A stretch of 64,000 nt of DNA from Nitrosopumilus sp. (GCA_965218785.1 OZ244650.1:1-64000), one strand, 5' to 3'; numbered from the stretch's first letter, positions 20,497 through 32,400 are shown. Program-made: numbers and translations. The notes: generated by a model from the letters alone, not told the origin.

Positions 20497-21009
20497 GTGA
20501 ATATGACAATGTACTTTGATGAAGAGAGCGATAGAATCTTCAAGAGAATGTCAGACTCTTTTTTCAGTATAGATGACATTTTTGAGGAATTCAAAGAAAA
20601 GGTGGGATCTGACTCTGGACCATATTATTACGGTTATACAATGACTGTTGATCCTGATGGAAAGCCCGTTGTAAAAGAGTATGGGAATGTAAAACCAGGA
20701 CTTGTTGTTCCAGCCTCTGATACAAGAGAACCGGCAGTCGAGACGATCGTCGATGAAAAGGAGAAAACGGTAAAACTCATAGCTGAGATGCCCGGAGTGG
20801 AGAAGACTGACGTCAAGGTTGTAGTGGAACACAAGACGGTGGAGATATCCGCACAACACGGCAAGAAAAAGTATCACGTGAGTGTTCCCTTACAGCATAA
20901 GGTTGATGAGGACTCTGCCAGGGCCACCTACAAAAACGGGATCTTACAGCTGATCTTTGGATTAGTCGAGGAGAAAAAGCCACAGGGCAAAACGGTGGAG
21001 GTCCGATAA
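20497..21009 (+). CDS. hsp20: Small heat shock protein Hsp20
   Basis: Motifs [23 protein letters not shown] and ATYKNGIL. Confidence 0.92.
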   Translation: MNMTMYFDEESDRIFKRMSDSFFSIDDIFEEFKEKVGSDSGPYYYGYTMTVDPDGKPVVKEYGNVKPGLVVPASDTREPAVETIVDEKEKTVKLIAEMPGVEKTDVKVVVEHKTVEISAQHGKKKYHVSVPLQHKVDEDSARATYKNGILQLIFGLVEEKKPQGKTVEVR

Positions 21010-21032
21010 TCCTCCTTCTTTTTTATGGTGAT

Positions 21033-23174
21033 ATGATGACTGGAATAATATTAAAAACAGATGAAATTCCACAACAGCATGTTGGGAGGGGCAGGGCAAT
21101 TGTTGATCCCAAAACCATCGAGGATCAAAAATGGAACACCGGACAGATCCTGGAATTATCATACAACAAAAAAACCCATGTAAAACTGTGGCCTGCCTCG
21201 TCTGAGGAGTACGGCTCTGGAGTCATCAAGATAGACGGAGTTACAAGACAGAACATCGGGGCCGGAATCGGCGATAAGATTTCACTCAGATCAGTTGAAG
21301 CTGCTGATGCCCAGCAGGTTGTGTTATCCCCCACAGAAAAGATTGCAGCCGAGGGGCTGCAGGAATACATGATTTACAATTATCTTAATCACGTCTTTAC
21401 AACCGGCGATTCAATATCCCTTAATACGCAGATGGGCAGCAGGGTCCAGTTTGTTGTAACTAGCACAAAGCCATCAAAACCAGTTATTGTTACTGAAAAG
21501 ACGGTCTTCAAGCTAGGTACCATGAGAAAGGCAGTAGATGATGCCTCCCATCCAAGAATAACATATGACGAGCTTGGAGGTTTGAAAAACGAGGTTCAAA
21601 AAATCCGCGAGATGGTCGAGCTGCCCATGAGACATCCGGAACTATTTGAGAAGATAGGGGTGGAGGCACCCAAGGGTGTGCTGCTTTACGGTCCTCCCGG
21701 CACGGGAAAGACGCTCCTGGCAAAGGCAGTCGCAGGGGAGACTAATGCCTACTTTACCTCCCTTAGCGGTCCTGAGATAATGGGGAAATACCATGGGGAG
21801 AGCGAGGAGCGAATCCGAGAAATCTTTACCCAGGCAGAAGAGAACGCACCCAGCATAATCTTCATTGATGAGATTGATTCCATTGCCCCAAAAAGGGACG
21901 AGGTTTCAGGCGAGGTTGAAAAGAGAATCGTCTCCCAGCTGCTGACACTGATGGATGGAATGAAATCCCGGGGAAAGGTGGTAGTTATTGCAGCTACCAA
22001 CAGACCTGATTCAATTGATCCCGCATTAAGACGTCCCGGCAGATTTGACAGGGAGATTGAAATTGGAATTCCAGACGATGAGGGAAGACTGGAGATTCTT
22101 TCAATTCATACACGCGGCATGCCGATTGATGAAAAGGTGGATCTCAAGCAGATCTCAAAAACGACACACGGATTTGTAGGGGCGGATCTAGAGATGTTAT
22201 CCAAGGAGGCAGCAATGAGTTCACTTCGGAGGATTCTTCCAGAGATTGATCTTGACGAGGATAAGATCTCATCTGAGATTCTTCAAAAAATCCAGATTAC
22301 CGGCCAGGACTTTAGGGATGCGCTAAAGGAGGTCAGACCAAGCGCACTCCGGGAAGTTCAAGTACAAATTCCTGATGTCAGCTGGGATGATGTCGGAGGC
22401 CTTGATCAACTAAAAGAGGAGCTGTGTGAGGCAGTTGAATGGCCAATCAAACACAAGGAGGCATTTGACTACGTTGATGTCCAGCCTCCAAAGGGGATAC
22501 TGCTTTACGGTCCGCCAGGTACCGGCAAGACTCTGATTGCAAAGGCGCTTGCAAAGATGACAGAGTCCAACTTTATCAGTATCAAGGGCCCCGAACTGTT
22601 ATCAAAGTGGGTCGGCGAATCTGAAAAGGGAGTCCGGGAAATATTCAGAAAGGCACGGCAGGCAGCACCATGTATTATCTTTCTAGATGAGGTTGATGCG
22701 CTTGTTCCACGGAGGGGTACTGGAGGAGGTTCACACGTTACAGAAAGCGTCGTCTCGCAGATTCTCACCGAGATTGACGGACTAGAGGAGATGCACAACG
22801 TCCTGATAATCGGTGCGACAAACCGGCTGGATATCGTAGATGAGGCGTTGCTCAGGCCCGGCAGGTTTGATAGAATCATCAAGGTTCCAAATCCTGATGC
22901 TAAAGGACGAAGACACATCTTTGAGATTCACACAAAAAACAAGCCGCTATCTGAGGATGCTGATATTCCAAAACTAGTCGAACTCACAGATGGTTTTAGC
23001 GGTGCTGAAATTGCGGCAGTTGCAAGCAGGGCGGCAATAACGGCTTTGAAGAGGCATGTTAATGGCAGCGTTCAAAACGTAAAGGACATCAGGATAACAC
23101 AGCGGGATTTAACTGATGCAGCAGAGAAGGTAAAGCCCAGGCTGAAAGAGGCGCCACTGCCGCCCATAAAATAG
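21033..23174 (+). CDS. cdc48: CDC48/VCP-family AAA ATPase
   Basis: N-domain plus two AAA modules ([15 protein letters not shown]). Confidence 0.95.
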   Translation: MMTGIILKTDEIPQQHVGRGRAIVDPKTIEDQKWNTGQILELSYNKKTHVKLWPASSEEYGSGVIKIDGVTRQNIGAGIGDKISLRSVEAADAQQVVLSPTEKIAAEGLQEYMIYNYLNHVFTTGDSISLNTQMGSRVQFVVTSTKPSKPVIVTEKTVFKLGTMRKAVDDASHPRITYDELGGLKNEVQKIREMVELPMRHPELFEKIGVEAPKGVLLYGPPGTGKTLLAKAVAGETNAYFTSLSGPEIMGKYHGESEERIREIFTQAEENAPSIIFIDEIDSIAPKRDEVSGEVEKRIVSQLLTLMDGMKSRGKVVVIAATNRPDSIDPALRRPGRFDREIEIGIPDDEGRLEILSIHTRGMPIDEKVDLKQISKTTHGFVGADLEMLSKEAAMSSLRRILPEIDLDEDKISSEILQKIQITGQDFRDALKEVRPSALREVQVQIPDVSWDDVGGLDQLKEELCEAVEWPIKHKEAFDYVDVQPPKGILLYGPPGTGKTLIAKALAKMTESNFISIKGPELLSKWVGESEKGVREIFRKARQAAPCIIFLDEVDALVPRRGTGGGSHVTESVVSQILTEIDGLEEMHNVLIIGATNRLDIVDEALLRPGRFDRIIKVPNPDAKGRRHIFEIHTKNKPLSEDADIPKLVELTDGFSGAEIAAVASRAAITALKRHVNGSVQNVKDIRITQRDLTDAAEKVKPRLKEAPLPPIK

Positions 23175-23203
23175 TCTAAATACCGATGGATATGACGTAA
23201 AAC

Positions 23204-23422
23204 ATGAAACTATATCTCGACTTTGATCCGTGCAAGGAATGCAACACGATGATGGCAGAACTTGGCAGTCATGAGATGCTGTTTGCAGATGAAAAGACAA
23301 GGGCAGACGAATCGGCAAAATTTCTCAGACATCTGACATACAATCACAGCGAGGTCGTACAGGCCGTTATGAAGGATCTTCCAAAACAGAAAAAAGACCA
23401 GGAACCTGATTTTTACAAATAG
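23204..23422 (+). CDS. Small conserved hypothetical protein (CxxC...HxxxxH)
   Basis: 72-aa ORF with PCKEC and HLTYNH. Confidence 0.6.
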   Translation: MKLYLDFDPCKECNTMMAELGSHEMLFADEKTRADESAKFLRHLTYNHSEVVQAVMKDLPKQKKDQEPDFYK

Positions 23423-23494
23423 GTCTCTTTTTTTCATTTTTTAAGAAATCAATAACCATATTCATATATCATATTGTTTTATCATACTTGAAGC

Positions 23495-23938
23495 ATGAGA
23501 ATAAAAAATATTTTTTTCGTATCTGTGGTGGCGATTCTGGCAGCCGGGTTGTTATTCCCTGCCGCCTTTGCACTTGAAACCAAACAGGAACCCCGACCAC
23601 CGGTGATTCCACAACCTGCCCCGGAACCCAAACCAATCCCGCTGCCAAATCCAGAACCTGCCCCACAGCCCTTCCCGGGGGAGACTGAATCAGAAAAGCT
23701 GCAGCGGTTAACTGAGGAGAACGCCAAACTAAAACGCCAAAATACAAATCTTCAGGATATGGTATCAACCCTTATAACTGAAAAACAGACACTGTTATCT
23801 GAAATATCAGGCCTTAATACCGCCATTGAAGATCTTGAGGAGCTAGTTGCAGAGCAGTTTAATGTAATACTGGATCTGGTAGACAGGCTGACTGACGTAT
23901 TATTTGAAAAAATACTTTCCCCTGCAGTCCGGCTGTAA
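23495..23938 (+). CDS. Secreted Pro-rich coiled-coil protein
   Basis: Signal peptide, PEP-rich segment and heptad-like C-terminus. Confidence 0.7.
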   Translation: MRIKNIFFVSVVAILAAGLLFPAAFALETKQEPRPPVIPQPAPEPKPIPLPNPEPAPQPFPGETESEKLQRLTEENAKLKRQNTNLQDMVSTLITEKQTLLSEISGLNTAIEDLEELVAEQFNVILDLVDRLTDVLFEKILSPAVRL

Positions 23939-23945
23939 TTTCTGA

Positions 23946-24134
23946 CTATTTTATGGATTCCAGGGAGTGTCCGCGATTTGTAATCATCTGGGTGACTGCC
24001 TCCATGGTATAGTCGATACTGTGCTCTTCTTCAAAGTGGTTTCTCAACTTTTTAATCAGCCCGGTGGTTTTTTCCTCGTCTAAAACAAATTTACACTCAA
24101 AACCATAGTCATTACATCTTAATTTCAGATTCAT
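23946..24134 (-). CDS. DUF1059-like small metal-binding protein
   Basis: LRCNDYGFECKF...HFEEEH. Confidence 0.75.
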   Translation of the reverse strand: MNLKLRCNDYGFECKFVLDEEKTTGLIKKLRNHFEEEHSIDYTMEAVTQMITNRGHSLESIK

Positions 24135-24239
24135 AATTTGGTGGGCAATATCAAGGATATAAAAATCAATGACCCTTTTTACAAATGTGACGAAATCAAG
24201 CAAATCCTTAATGGGTACAACCCCTATCATTGATCAGAA

Positions 24240-24470
24240 ATGGTTTACTCGTATCAGATCATAAAGTTTCAGACCATCTCACTTGTGCAGGGAACCAACT
24301 GGTCCCAGTCTTCAGGTGAAAAGGGCGTACTTTACAAGTCATTGAAAAACCCATTTGCAAAACTCATAGTCCAGTCAACTAACGGCTCAAAAAAGCTGTA
24401 TCATGTCCCAAAAGACAGAACGGTTATCGTATCTAGTGATACCGTCCATTTTCTAGGCGAGCTGGGATGA
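24240..24470 (+). CDS. Hypothetical protein
   Basis: 76-aa ORF filling the intergenic space with plausible composition. Confidence 0.6.
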   Translation: MVYSYQIIKFQTISLVQGTNWSQSSGEKGVLYKSLKNPFAKLIVQSTNGSKKLYHVPKDRTVIVSSDTVHFLGELG

Positions 24471-24475
24471 TATCA

Positions 24476-24748
24476 TCACTTGAAAAATTTATCGACTTGA
24501 TCCCTGTACTTTAGGGCGATTTTTCCAAAATCTGCAAAATCCTCGACTGTCGGGTTTTTCATTCTTATTGCATACTGGTTGACAAATACGGACAATGCGC
24601 TGCCGATGATCAGGTTGTAAACGCCGTCAGCTATGTTGTTTGAATAGGGAAACGCAACCCTGATGAAGGGTATGTACGTCTCTGTCTGAGAAATCATCAT
24701 CCTGATGTGTTCGTCAACGAAATCTTCTACCTCGGATGGAATTACCAT
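24476..24748 (-). CDS. Hypothetical protein
   Basis: 90-aa ORF; TTTATAA TATA-like box upstream on minus strand. Confidence 0.65.
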   Translation of the reverse strand: MVIPSEVEDFVDEHIRMMISQTETYIPFIRVAFPYSNNIADGVYNLIIGSALSVFVNQYAIRMKNPTVEDFADFGKIALKYRDQVDKFFK

Positions 24749-24823
24749 ACTCTTTCTAGTCTTAATTTCTTATAAATAGATTAGATCATAGGCACGATCG
24801 GGATGCCGTCTTGAGAAGCATTC

Positions 24824-25033
24824 TCATTTTGGAATCTGTGCAAGGTACCTTTCTTTTCCCTTTCTACTTCTGGGAAGGCATCTTAGCTGCCTCTTGCAGC
24901 AGGGGCAGGTCTTTCCATCATACTGTACAAATATCTCGCAGTGATTGCATCTTTTCTGCCCTGCCGCATATCTGCCAATCTTGGATGGCTTTTTGGCCTT
25001 GTATGTTTTGCAGGTGCCCACACAGCTTGACAT
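24824..25033 (-). CDS. Small basic Cys-rich (zinc ribbon) protein
   Basis: CVGTC, RCNHC and CPCC motifs. Confidence 0.7.
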   Translation of the reverse strand: MSSCVGTCKTYKAKKPSKIGRYAAGQKRCNHCEIFVQYDGKTCPCCKRQLRCLPRSRKGKERYLAQIPK

Positions 25034-25332
25034 TATAAACAATAGGTATTCGCTAAAGATAAAACGTTTGATCATTTGTGCTCATTGGAAATCCACGTTA
25101 AATAAGGAGGTTAATGCGTGGTCTGAATTGGATATCTCCCATATGGTAGGGAATTCTTTTAAAAGAACTTGAAATCCCTGAAACAATTAATTTGAAAAAA
25201 TTTCAATTCAAAAAAAAAAATAACATGTTGATGACTCGTGTAATTTAGGCGGATCTGGATTTCAGATATTGAAGATTAGAACCACAGATGTGTCTCCTTA
25301 TATAATGAAAATGCATAAAATATGATTAGAAC

Positions 25333-25587
25333 ATGAATTTAACAGTTCTAAAATATACAATAGCAATTATTCTCATTTCATTGATTTTAGCTGAAACTAG
25401 TTTGGTTATGTTTTTCAACATATCCGCTTCCTTGATTATCGGAATTGTATATCATATAATAGATCGAAATATTGTACCTATACCACCTGCAGGCGCATCA
25501 TTTGCCTGGGTGTTTTTTGTCATATCTCTAGCCGCTTTGCTGTTTGTCATATATAGAATATATTCAAAGCTGAAAAAATCAGCATAA
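25333..25587 (+). CDS. Small membrane protein in AT-rich islet
   Basis: 84 aa with 2-3 hydrophobic helices. Confidence 0.55.
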   Translation: MNLTVLKYTIAIILISLILAETSLVMFFNISASLIIGIVYHIIDRNIVPIPPAGASFAWVFFVISLAALLFVIYRIYSKLKKSA

Positions 25588-25619
25588 TTTTTTTATTCTA
25601 CTTTCTCCTAGTCATAACA

Positions 25620-26013
25620 TTGTATCATGATGAAATTAAGAAAATTTTTATATTTTTAGTAGGGACTGAATCAAAAACCATGAGCTTTGATCAATTTCAA
25701 GATGTTTCTGGTTGTGATGTTTATTTCTCAAATCTCTTGTTATGTGGATTAATCAATAATAAAATCCTGAAACTTGAAAAACACACCATTGTGTTGGGCT
25801 GAACTGGGAAAGCCTGTTTTGGATGAAGGTATAGACTCTTTCGAACAACGGAATTTCGGTGAATTATTACTATCCGTAATGATCAACGATGGTGATAGTA
25901 CTGTAGAATGTCCTAGATGTCATTCAGCATATGAGAAAAATAATCGATCTGAAGACACATTCGCTAAAACTGTACAAGGAAACCACTGTCATGTTTGTCT
26001 TCGACTAATTTAG
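25620..26013 (+). pseudogene. Probable frameshifted winged-helix + zinc-ribbon gene
   Basis: Two overlapping ORFs; the second has ELGKPVL (wing-like) and CPRC...CHVC. Confidence 0.35.
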
Positions 26014-26268
26014 GATTTTACAGATCGTTCTAAAAAGAATTAACTAATTCGAACATATTGATTTTACCATAAAACAACCTGTTCAAAAATATTCATGATC
26101 CCTGCTAAATCAAGTGTTATGTCTCTTCATCTCTTTGTTAGTACTGCTAATTTTTTCAATATTTCGTGCCTTGGCATTTGACGTTCTAGAAAATAATTCA
26201 GTTATTCTGTTGTGATAAACGCTCCAGATACAATAAAACTGAATTTATAGCCCAAGTTTTATTCATCT

Positions 26269-26571
26269 TTGTTGCTTGATCTGGACAAAAAAGTATTTGG
26301 CAAAATTACAACCAAGGAGGTTATCGGGGCTGCCCCTCCTGCAATTCCAGATACCGAGGAACTACTCAAAAAAGAATTATCAATCCTGGTGACACAGTTA
26401 GAATCCCAGTCAGAGACCGGTCTCAAAGATCTTTTAGAACAGCAGAAAATTCTGGAAAAACACATCAACAACAGGCCGGGTGCCATGGCTCTTGCCCAAA
26501 ACAAGATCAGGCTGTTCAACGAATACAGCCAGAAATACATTCAGGCAATCACGGCAAAACTCGAATCCTAA
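26269..26571 (+). CDS. Hypothetical helical protein
   Basis: 100-aa ORF, RPGAMALAQNKI. Confidence 0.65.
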   Translation: MLLDLDKKVFGKITTKEVIGAAPPAIPDTEELLKKELSILVTQLESQSETGLKDLLEQQKILEKHINNRPGAMALAQNKIRLFNEYSQKYIQAITAKLES

Positions 26572-27520
26572 CTCTCTTTCTTCTCCTCATATTTTCTGCC
26601 GGATCTCTTGTTTCTTCTAACCAACAACGATATTATCACACTTGCGGGAATTCCTATAATTGTTCCAATGCTCACATATGGCGCAATAAACAGCCCCCCA
26701 ATCCAGATCCCGCCGTCTGTCGTCAGCTCCATAAACGCTCTGGGTCTTAGAATTACCGGGACTATCTGGGATTCCTCCCTCTCTTCTCCAATATCATCAG
26801 TAAACTCTACAATAATCTTAAACGGCAGCCTGTATTCCTTATTCACCTCCTCAACTGGCGTAATGATCCGCGATGTCACTACCACGGGTGCGTTCTTTTC
26901 TATTTTTGAAATATGTGACTGCGTCCAGCCTGCAAATTCGATATTCCCTAGCGGGATTATCCTTATACTGACATCCGTTATATCCACATCCTCTGAGAGA
27001 ATCTCCACCTCGATTGGAAACTGCGCATTGGCATTTAAGATTGATTCGGGCGTTTTCGTATGAATTGTTATATTCACGCCTTCTTTTATCACAATTGGAA
27101 TTGCAAGATCCCGAAAGACTGCCGGCTGCGGTGTTTCATTGTTTGCCACAAGAACCTGGGAATATCTTATGTTTAGAAAATGAACCCCCGGACTGGCATC
27201 GCCTGGAATCGACAGATCAATGCTGCCGCCATATGATCCCTCCTGTGCAAGTCTGTCTATGATGATTCCATCTGACGAACCTGTAACCAGCGAATCATCC
27301 TGATTAGAAACGACAAATGAAATATCCTGTTTGTCTTCCCAGCCGTTGTTTTTTATCAAAACCGAGATGATTCCGTCGCGACCTGCTATGATCTCATCAG
27401 GATATGTAATTTCAACATCCATTCCAGCATCCAGATCATGTGAACCACCGTCTCTGCATAGACACCCGGCAGTAAAACCAGTACTCCGGTCAGCAATAGA
27501 ATTCCCCACGGCAAACTCAT
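26568..27520 (-). CDS. COG1361/S-layer-like Ig-domain membrane-anchored protein with apparent frameshift after the signal peptide
   Basis: Body has IKNNG...ASPGVHFL Ig-like domains and a C-terminal TM plus basic tail; signal peptide MSLPWGILLLTGVLVLLPGVYAE lies in another frame from ATG 27520. Confidence 0.65.
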
Positions 27521-27616
27521 ACACATATTACATCATGATGTCTATTTTGTGTTATTATCCGAGGTTAATCGGCAGGACTAGCTGGATTTGTAGTTAACAT
27601 CAGAACAACATCATAC

Positions 27617-28987
27617 TCAAGAACCCTCAGGCGACTTTCTGATAAATCCACCCTCAACTGGTTCGGGTGGGGGAATCTTTTTTGATCTGCCCAATCCGAT
27701 CGTGGTGATAACTATTGAGGATAAGATGATAAAGAATATGATCTGCGGGTATGCCTCGGCATTAGGCAGGCCCATGGTAATCGGATATGTGGCAAGCACG
27801 GCAGCTGCCAGACCCCTTGGAATCATCGAGTTCGTTACTGCCCTGTCGAGCTCGGAGAACCTCTTTGTCAGCGTTATCCTGCCAACAAACCTTCTTCCAA
27901 CGTAGATGGCAACTGTAATTAAAACCCCGAACACCACGTATTCTACCTGTCCAAAACTTGCCAGCAGCCCGACGAACACAAAGAAAAATGATCTCACCAA
28001 AAACGTCAGCTGGTTGTGCGTTGGATCATCTGTCTCAATCTTGGGCAGTTTGAATCTGAGTATCCGTGAGAGGTGGCTCTTGTTTCCAAGCATCAAACCA
28101 AACACCAGTGCCGTCAAGGCACCAGATTCCCCAAACAGCGTTGCCAGAAAGAACAGGACAAACAAAACCCCCAACGTAAGCATGTATGCGTGCTGGGTAT
28201 TGCCAAGCTTGGTTGAAACGTACATCCAGGGGACTCCCACCCCGAATCCTAGGACCAGCCCCACTACTACCGCCCTTCCAAGCGTCTCCTGCAGTGTCTG
28301 CAGATCAAAGTGTCCAATAAGGACTGCCTCAAACAAAACAAACGCCGCAATCATTGCCAGAATATCAGTCAATGCCGACTCGAAGCTCAGCATCGACTTG
28401 ATCTCCTCTGAAATCCTGATGTTTCTGACCAGACCGAAAACGACTGCCGAACTGCTTCCACCTACGATTGATCCCAGCAGTATGCTGTCAAGCCACAGCC
28501 ATCCCAGCGCAAAGTGTGCGGCAAGCGTGATGATTGCAACTGATAAAATAAAACCGAGTACTGCCAGCGTTACTGAAAAGTGTGCAGTCTTTATGATGTG
28601 TTTGATGTCCAGGTTCAACCCCCCATCAAACATGATGATGATCAACGCAAGTGCCGCAAAGTATGGCACGACCTGGATTACTGCCTCTGGCTGTATTATT
28701 CCCAAGACCGGTCCGATGATTACACCCAGAATCATCAAAAACGCAATGTCTGGAATTCCAGTTTTTTTGAAGAATGCCTCCCCTGCAACACCTAGAAAAA
28801 TTACCACCCCTGCTGCAAGCAGTATCACGTGTGCTGAGGCAATTGATCCGTCATGGGCAGATACTGCCTCCACGAAATCCTGCAACTCTGCAAACTTTGC
28901 CAAAATCACACCAAGATCCGGCAGCTGAAACCCATCCGTGCTCTGTCCGGTTATGAGATTCAGAATGGATAGAATTATGGCATTCAT
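27617..28987 (-). CDS. Cation:proton antiporter (CPA1/NhaP-like)
   Basis: About 12 TM helices; MFDGGLNLD, FESALTD and PRGLAAAVLA. Confidence 0.9.
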   Translation of the reverse strand: MNAIILSILNLITGQSTDGFQLPDLGVILAKFAELQDFVEAVSAHDGSIASAHVILLAAGVVIFLGVAGEAFFKKTGIPDIAFLMILGVIIGPVLGIIQPEAVIQVVPYFAALALIIIMFDGGLNLDIKHIIKTAHFSVTLAVLGFILSVAIITLAAHFALGWLWLDSILLGSIVGGSSSAVVFGLVRNIRISEEIKSMLSFESALTDILAMIAAFVLFEAVLIGHFDLQTLQETLGRAVVVGLVLGFGVGVPWMYVSTKLGNTQHAYMLTLGVLFVLFFLATLFGESGALTALVFGLMLGNKSHLSRILRFKLPKIETDDPTHNQLTFLVRSFFFVFVGLLASFGQVEYVVFGVLITVAIYVGRRFVGRITLTKRFSELDRAVTNSMIPRGLAAAVLATYPITMGLPNAEAYPQIIFFIILSSIVITTIGLGRSKKIPPPEPVEGGFIRKSPEGS

Positions 28988-29172
28988 TAATAACTGAATT
29001 AGGTGTGTGCGGGTAAAAATTAAACCGGGGTTGTTTGATATTTTTAGCCAATGTCGTTAATTTTTAATGCTTTGTCAACTTGTCAGGATGGCTCAAATTC
29101 TTCTACCTGTCAAAGATTGAGGCATTAGACTTGAATCACAACTTTTTAAATCAGTAACACTTTCATACAAAC

Positions 29173-29905
29173 ATGAAACTTCAATATTTTCTTAGTTTTG
29201 TAATAATTTCGTTATTTATTTTCAATGATGCATATTCTGAAGAAGATGATGTGTTAAAAGTTATTCAGCAGATAATTGAGGATTTGATTGACCCTGAAAT
29301 TGTTTTGTTAGGATTTATTACTTCTGGCACACTAATTGGTTTGGTATACACAATATATCATGGAAAGAAAATTCAAAAACATGCAAAAGATAGTCTAAAT
29401 GAAGACCTAAAACTAAGATTTGCTGAATTGTTAGGTAGATTTGAAAAAGACTTACAACTTGTTTTGAATGAAGAACGAAAATTAACTGAGGAAAGTACTG
29501 TTGAGGCTTGTCATAGAATTACAGGCGATTATCTTAACATACTAGATAGAATTGCTTACTTGCTACCTCTTTTACCAAAAATTAGAAAAAATGGATGATG
29601 AAATGATTGATTATTTTAATTATTTTTTCGAGTATGGATTACGATATATATGGTGGAAAAATATGATGAATAAAGATAAAAAAGCATGTGAAAAATGGGA
29701 ACATCAATGCTGGTGGTATAATGAGAAAAAACATGAAGGAAAAATATCTATGTCTCCTTATACTGATCTTGGAAAAATTTTAAGAGATAAAGTTGAGAAG
29801 AAAAGAGGAAAAATTTTTATTTGCGAGATGATTCAAAATGAAGAAGATACGCCTTGTCCACCTGTTGATATTGATAATCAAAATGAAGCGAATATTTTAG
29901 ATTAA
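29173..29905 (+). pseudogene. AT-rich membrane-associated ORF split by a frameshift (29173-29598 and 29552-29905)
   Basis: DRIAYL continues naturally into KLEKMDDEMIDYF in the other frame. Confidence 0.5.
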
Positions 29906-30147
29906 TAGAAAAAAAGAATCCAGTTGCCTGGAACTCTGGACCACTTCCCAGCAATTCCACCGGTTTAGAAGGGCTTGGGCGATCTCCATAGACTATTTTT
30001 AATGACTTGGTGGAATATTCAAAATATCACAAGTCCAATCCCGCAGACGCGATTTTTGAATCAGAAGAAGATCCGTATTTTGGGTCTCTATAACTTCACA
30101 GAGCCGGCTTTTGTATAATTTTTAAATAATGAATTTTAGATAGTATT

Positions 30148-30690
30148 GTGAGCGCCACCAACCAACTTCGTGCTGATCATGATCACGTTCGCCGCTTGGA
30201 AAAAATAATATCAAAATGCGCCACCCAGCTGTACCTGGGCACCACGATTCCCTTTTCGGATTTGACAAAAATTACCATTGTAATTTCAGAATTCGTTGAC
30301 ACCATCCATCACTCCCGGGAGGAGGATTCGTATTTTCCATGTGTTGCAAGTTATGATTCTCTAAAGGAAGACATTCGAAAATTTATGATTGAGCATGAGT
30401 TTGGACGGAACATTGCAAGACAGATATCGCACCATCTAAAAAGATGGAAAAACGGCGAGGAGGCCGCACGGGAACCCGTATCAAGGTATTTGAGAACATA
30501 TGCAATTTTTTTAAATGATCATCTCAACAAGGAAAACAAGTTTTTTGATGCCGCCGAGGCCGATGTCTTGTCAAAAGAGGAGGAAACCGAAATGTATGAG
30601 CAGTATAGATCAGTCTTTGCAATTGTGAAAAAAGTTGAGGAATTAATTGCAGATATTGATTATTTGGAAGAACAGCCCTGGGCCAACTAA
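30148..30690 (+). CDS. Hemerythrin/HHE cation-binding domain protein
   Basis: Motifs DHDH, HHSREE, EHE and HLNKEN. Confidence 0.88.
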   Translation: MSATNQLRADHDHVRRLEKIISKCATQLYLGTTIPFSDLTKITIVISEFVDTIHHSREEDSYFPCVASYDSLKEDIRKFMIEHEFGRNIARQISHHLKRWKNGEEAAREPVSRYLRTYAIFLNDHLNKENKFFDAAEADVLSKEEETEMYEQYRSVFAIVKKVEELIADIDYLEEQPWAN

Positions 30691-30726
30691 CGTAAGCTCT
30701 TTATGGGTTGCACGGCTCGTCCCATT

Positions 30727-31242
30727 ATGAAACCCTTCATTCTTTGGATGACTGGCCTGCCCTGTTCAGGAAAGACCACCATCGTAAAGGATCTGCAAAA
30801 AGACATCCCAAATCTGGCGATGCTTGATGGTGACGAACTGCGCGAATGGTTCTCTCCAAAGGATTTCTCAAAGGCGGGACGTGATGAACACAACAAAAAG
30901 GTGGCCCATCTGGCAAAACTGCTGCTGCATCACGGCGTTCCAAGTGTTGTATCCCTGGTATCTCCATACATCGAGAACAGGCAAAATGCAAGGGAGATCA
31001 TCAATGCCGGTGATCAGTTTGCAGAATGCTACGTAAAATGCTCACTTGAAAAATGCGAGCAAAGAGACGTAAAAGGAATGTATGCCAAGGCAAGAAAGGG
31101 GGAGATCAAGGGATTTACGGGAATCGACGATCCCTACGAGGCACCAGAAGCCGCAGACCTCACAGTTGATACAGAACACGATCCGCTCTCAGAGAGCGCA
31201 AACAAGGTAAAAGACTTTCTTAAACAAAGAAACCTAATCTAG
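30727..31242 (+). CDS. cysC: Adenylyl-sulfate kinase
   Basis: Motifs TGLPCSGKTT, LDGDELR, RDVKGMY and FTGIDDPYEAP. Confidence 0.95.
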   Translation: MKPFILWMTGLPCSGKTTIVKDLQKDIPNLAMLDGDELREWFSPKDFSKAGRDEHNKKVAHLAKLLLHHGVPSVVSLVSPYIENRQNAREIINAGDQFAECYVKCSLEKCEQRDVKGMYAKARKGEIKGFTGIDDPYEAPEAADLTVDTEHDPLSESANKVKDFLKQRNLI

Positions 31243-32049
31243 TTTTTTAAATTCTGCGACAATCTTTTCATGAATTAATCCGTTTGTTACCAGGATGCCA
31301 TTCTGATGATGTACATCCTCGTTGTTGTATGTAATGTCGTTTCCCAGCATGTCTGTCATTTTTCCGCCGGCCTCTGAAACAATGCAGTATGATGCGGCAG
31401 AATCCCATTCCTTCATCTTGTTTGTAGTCGTGATGTATGCCTCTGCCTCGCCTGAGCTGATCTTTCCAACCTTTAGTGAACTGCCCATGCTTGTAAAATC
31501 AGTTATTCCCAAATCCTTGATAAACAACCTCTCCCTCTCTGAGAGATGGTGTCTTGATCCGACGATCCTGCATCTTGAGATCTGGTCGGTTTTAGTAACT
31601 GACATCCTCCTCCAGACGTCCCCTGAATACCTGTATGCGCCTCCACCTTTTTGTGCGACAAACAGCGTCCCGTCTGTTGGCCAGGCAATGACTCCAAGAA
31701 CCGGCTTTTTGTTTTGTATCAGCGCAATCATGATTGTAAACTCGCCTGTCTTATCAATAAAATCCGAGGTGCCATCAAGCGGATCCACAATCCAGACCGT
31801 CTCCCTTGATAGTCTGCCCAGATCATCGTTGTCCTCTTCGGATAATATCGCATGTCCTGTCTGCAAAAGAAATTTTTTTATGATCTCATTGCTTTTTAGA
31901 TCCGCCTTTGTGATGGGCGAATCATCGCTCTTTTTTGATACCTCAAAATCCCCGCGATAAATCTCCAGGACTGCCTCTGCTGCTTTGTTTGCCGCCTTGA
32001 TTGCAATTTCCAGCTCTGGCATCTTTCCTGATATCGGTATGTCCTTCAA
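31234..32049 (-). CDS. cysQ: 3'(2'),5'-bisphosphate nucleotidase CysQ
   Basis: Motifs LSEE, WIVDPLDGT, GSSLK and EWDSAA. Confidence 0.92.
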   Translation of the reverse strand: MKDIPISGKMPELEIAIKAANKAAEAVLEIYRGDFEVSKKSDDSPITKADLKSNEIIKKFLLQTGHAILSEEDNDDLGRLSRETVWIVDPLDGTSDFIDKTGEFTIMIALIQNKKPVLGVIAWPTDGTLFVAQKGGGAYRYSGDVWRRMSVTKTDQISRCRIVGSRHHLSERERLFIKDLGITDFTSMGSSLKVGKISSGEAEAYITTTNKMKEWDSAASYCIVSEAGGKMTDMLGNDITYNNEDVHHQNGILVTNGLIHEKIVAEFKKLD

Positions 32050-32053
32050 GATG

Positions 32054-32260
32054 CTACGTAGTAAGTTCCGGCTTTAACGTCCAGACAACTCCCAGAATAA
32101 CAAATGGAATTGACATGACACTTATGATGCCAAGTATGGTGTAAAACTGTGACTCTGAGACCAGTGGATTATTTACTATCCACGGTAGTGGCAGCGTGAT
32201 AATTACCCAGATAATTCCCAAAAGTATTATCAGTTTTGCCTTTGCCTTTCTGTCCTTCAT
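32054..32260 (-). CDS. Small two-TM membrane protein
   Basis: MKDRKAKAK followed by two hydrophobic helices. Confidence 0.65.
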   Translation of the reverse strand: MKDRKAKAKLIILLGIIWVIITLPLPWIVNNPLVSESQFYTILGIISVMSIPFVILGVVWTLKPELTT

Positions 32261-32400
32261 ATATCCCCCGTTCCCGGCGTTGTATTTAATCCATGCAAAT
32301 TCATCTTGTTGATTCTCCCTCGTCTGCTGCAGTATCGCCCTAGTCCATCTCTGTAACTCTGATCTTGAAATACACGGCATTACTTACAAGATATCAGCTG

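Noticed and set aside
25209-25220. Poly-A tract as a phase-variation switch
   Set aside because: It is intergenic in an AT-rich stretch, with no clear link to a promoter or reading frame.
27906-28928. 340-aa plus-strand ORF and many similar antisense ORFs in the track
   Set aside because: These are shadow frames opposite well-supported genes and have no recognisable motifs.
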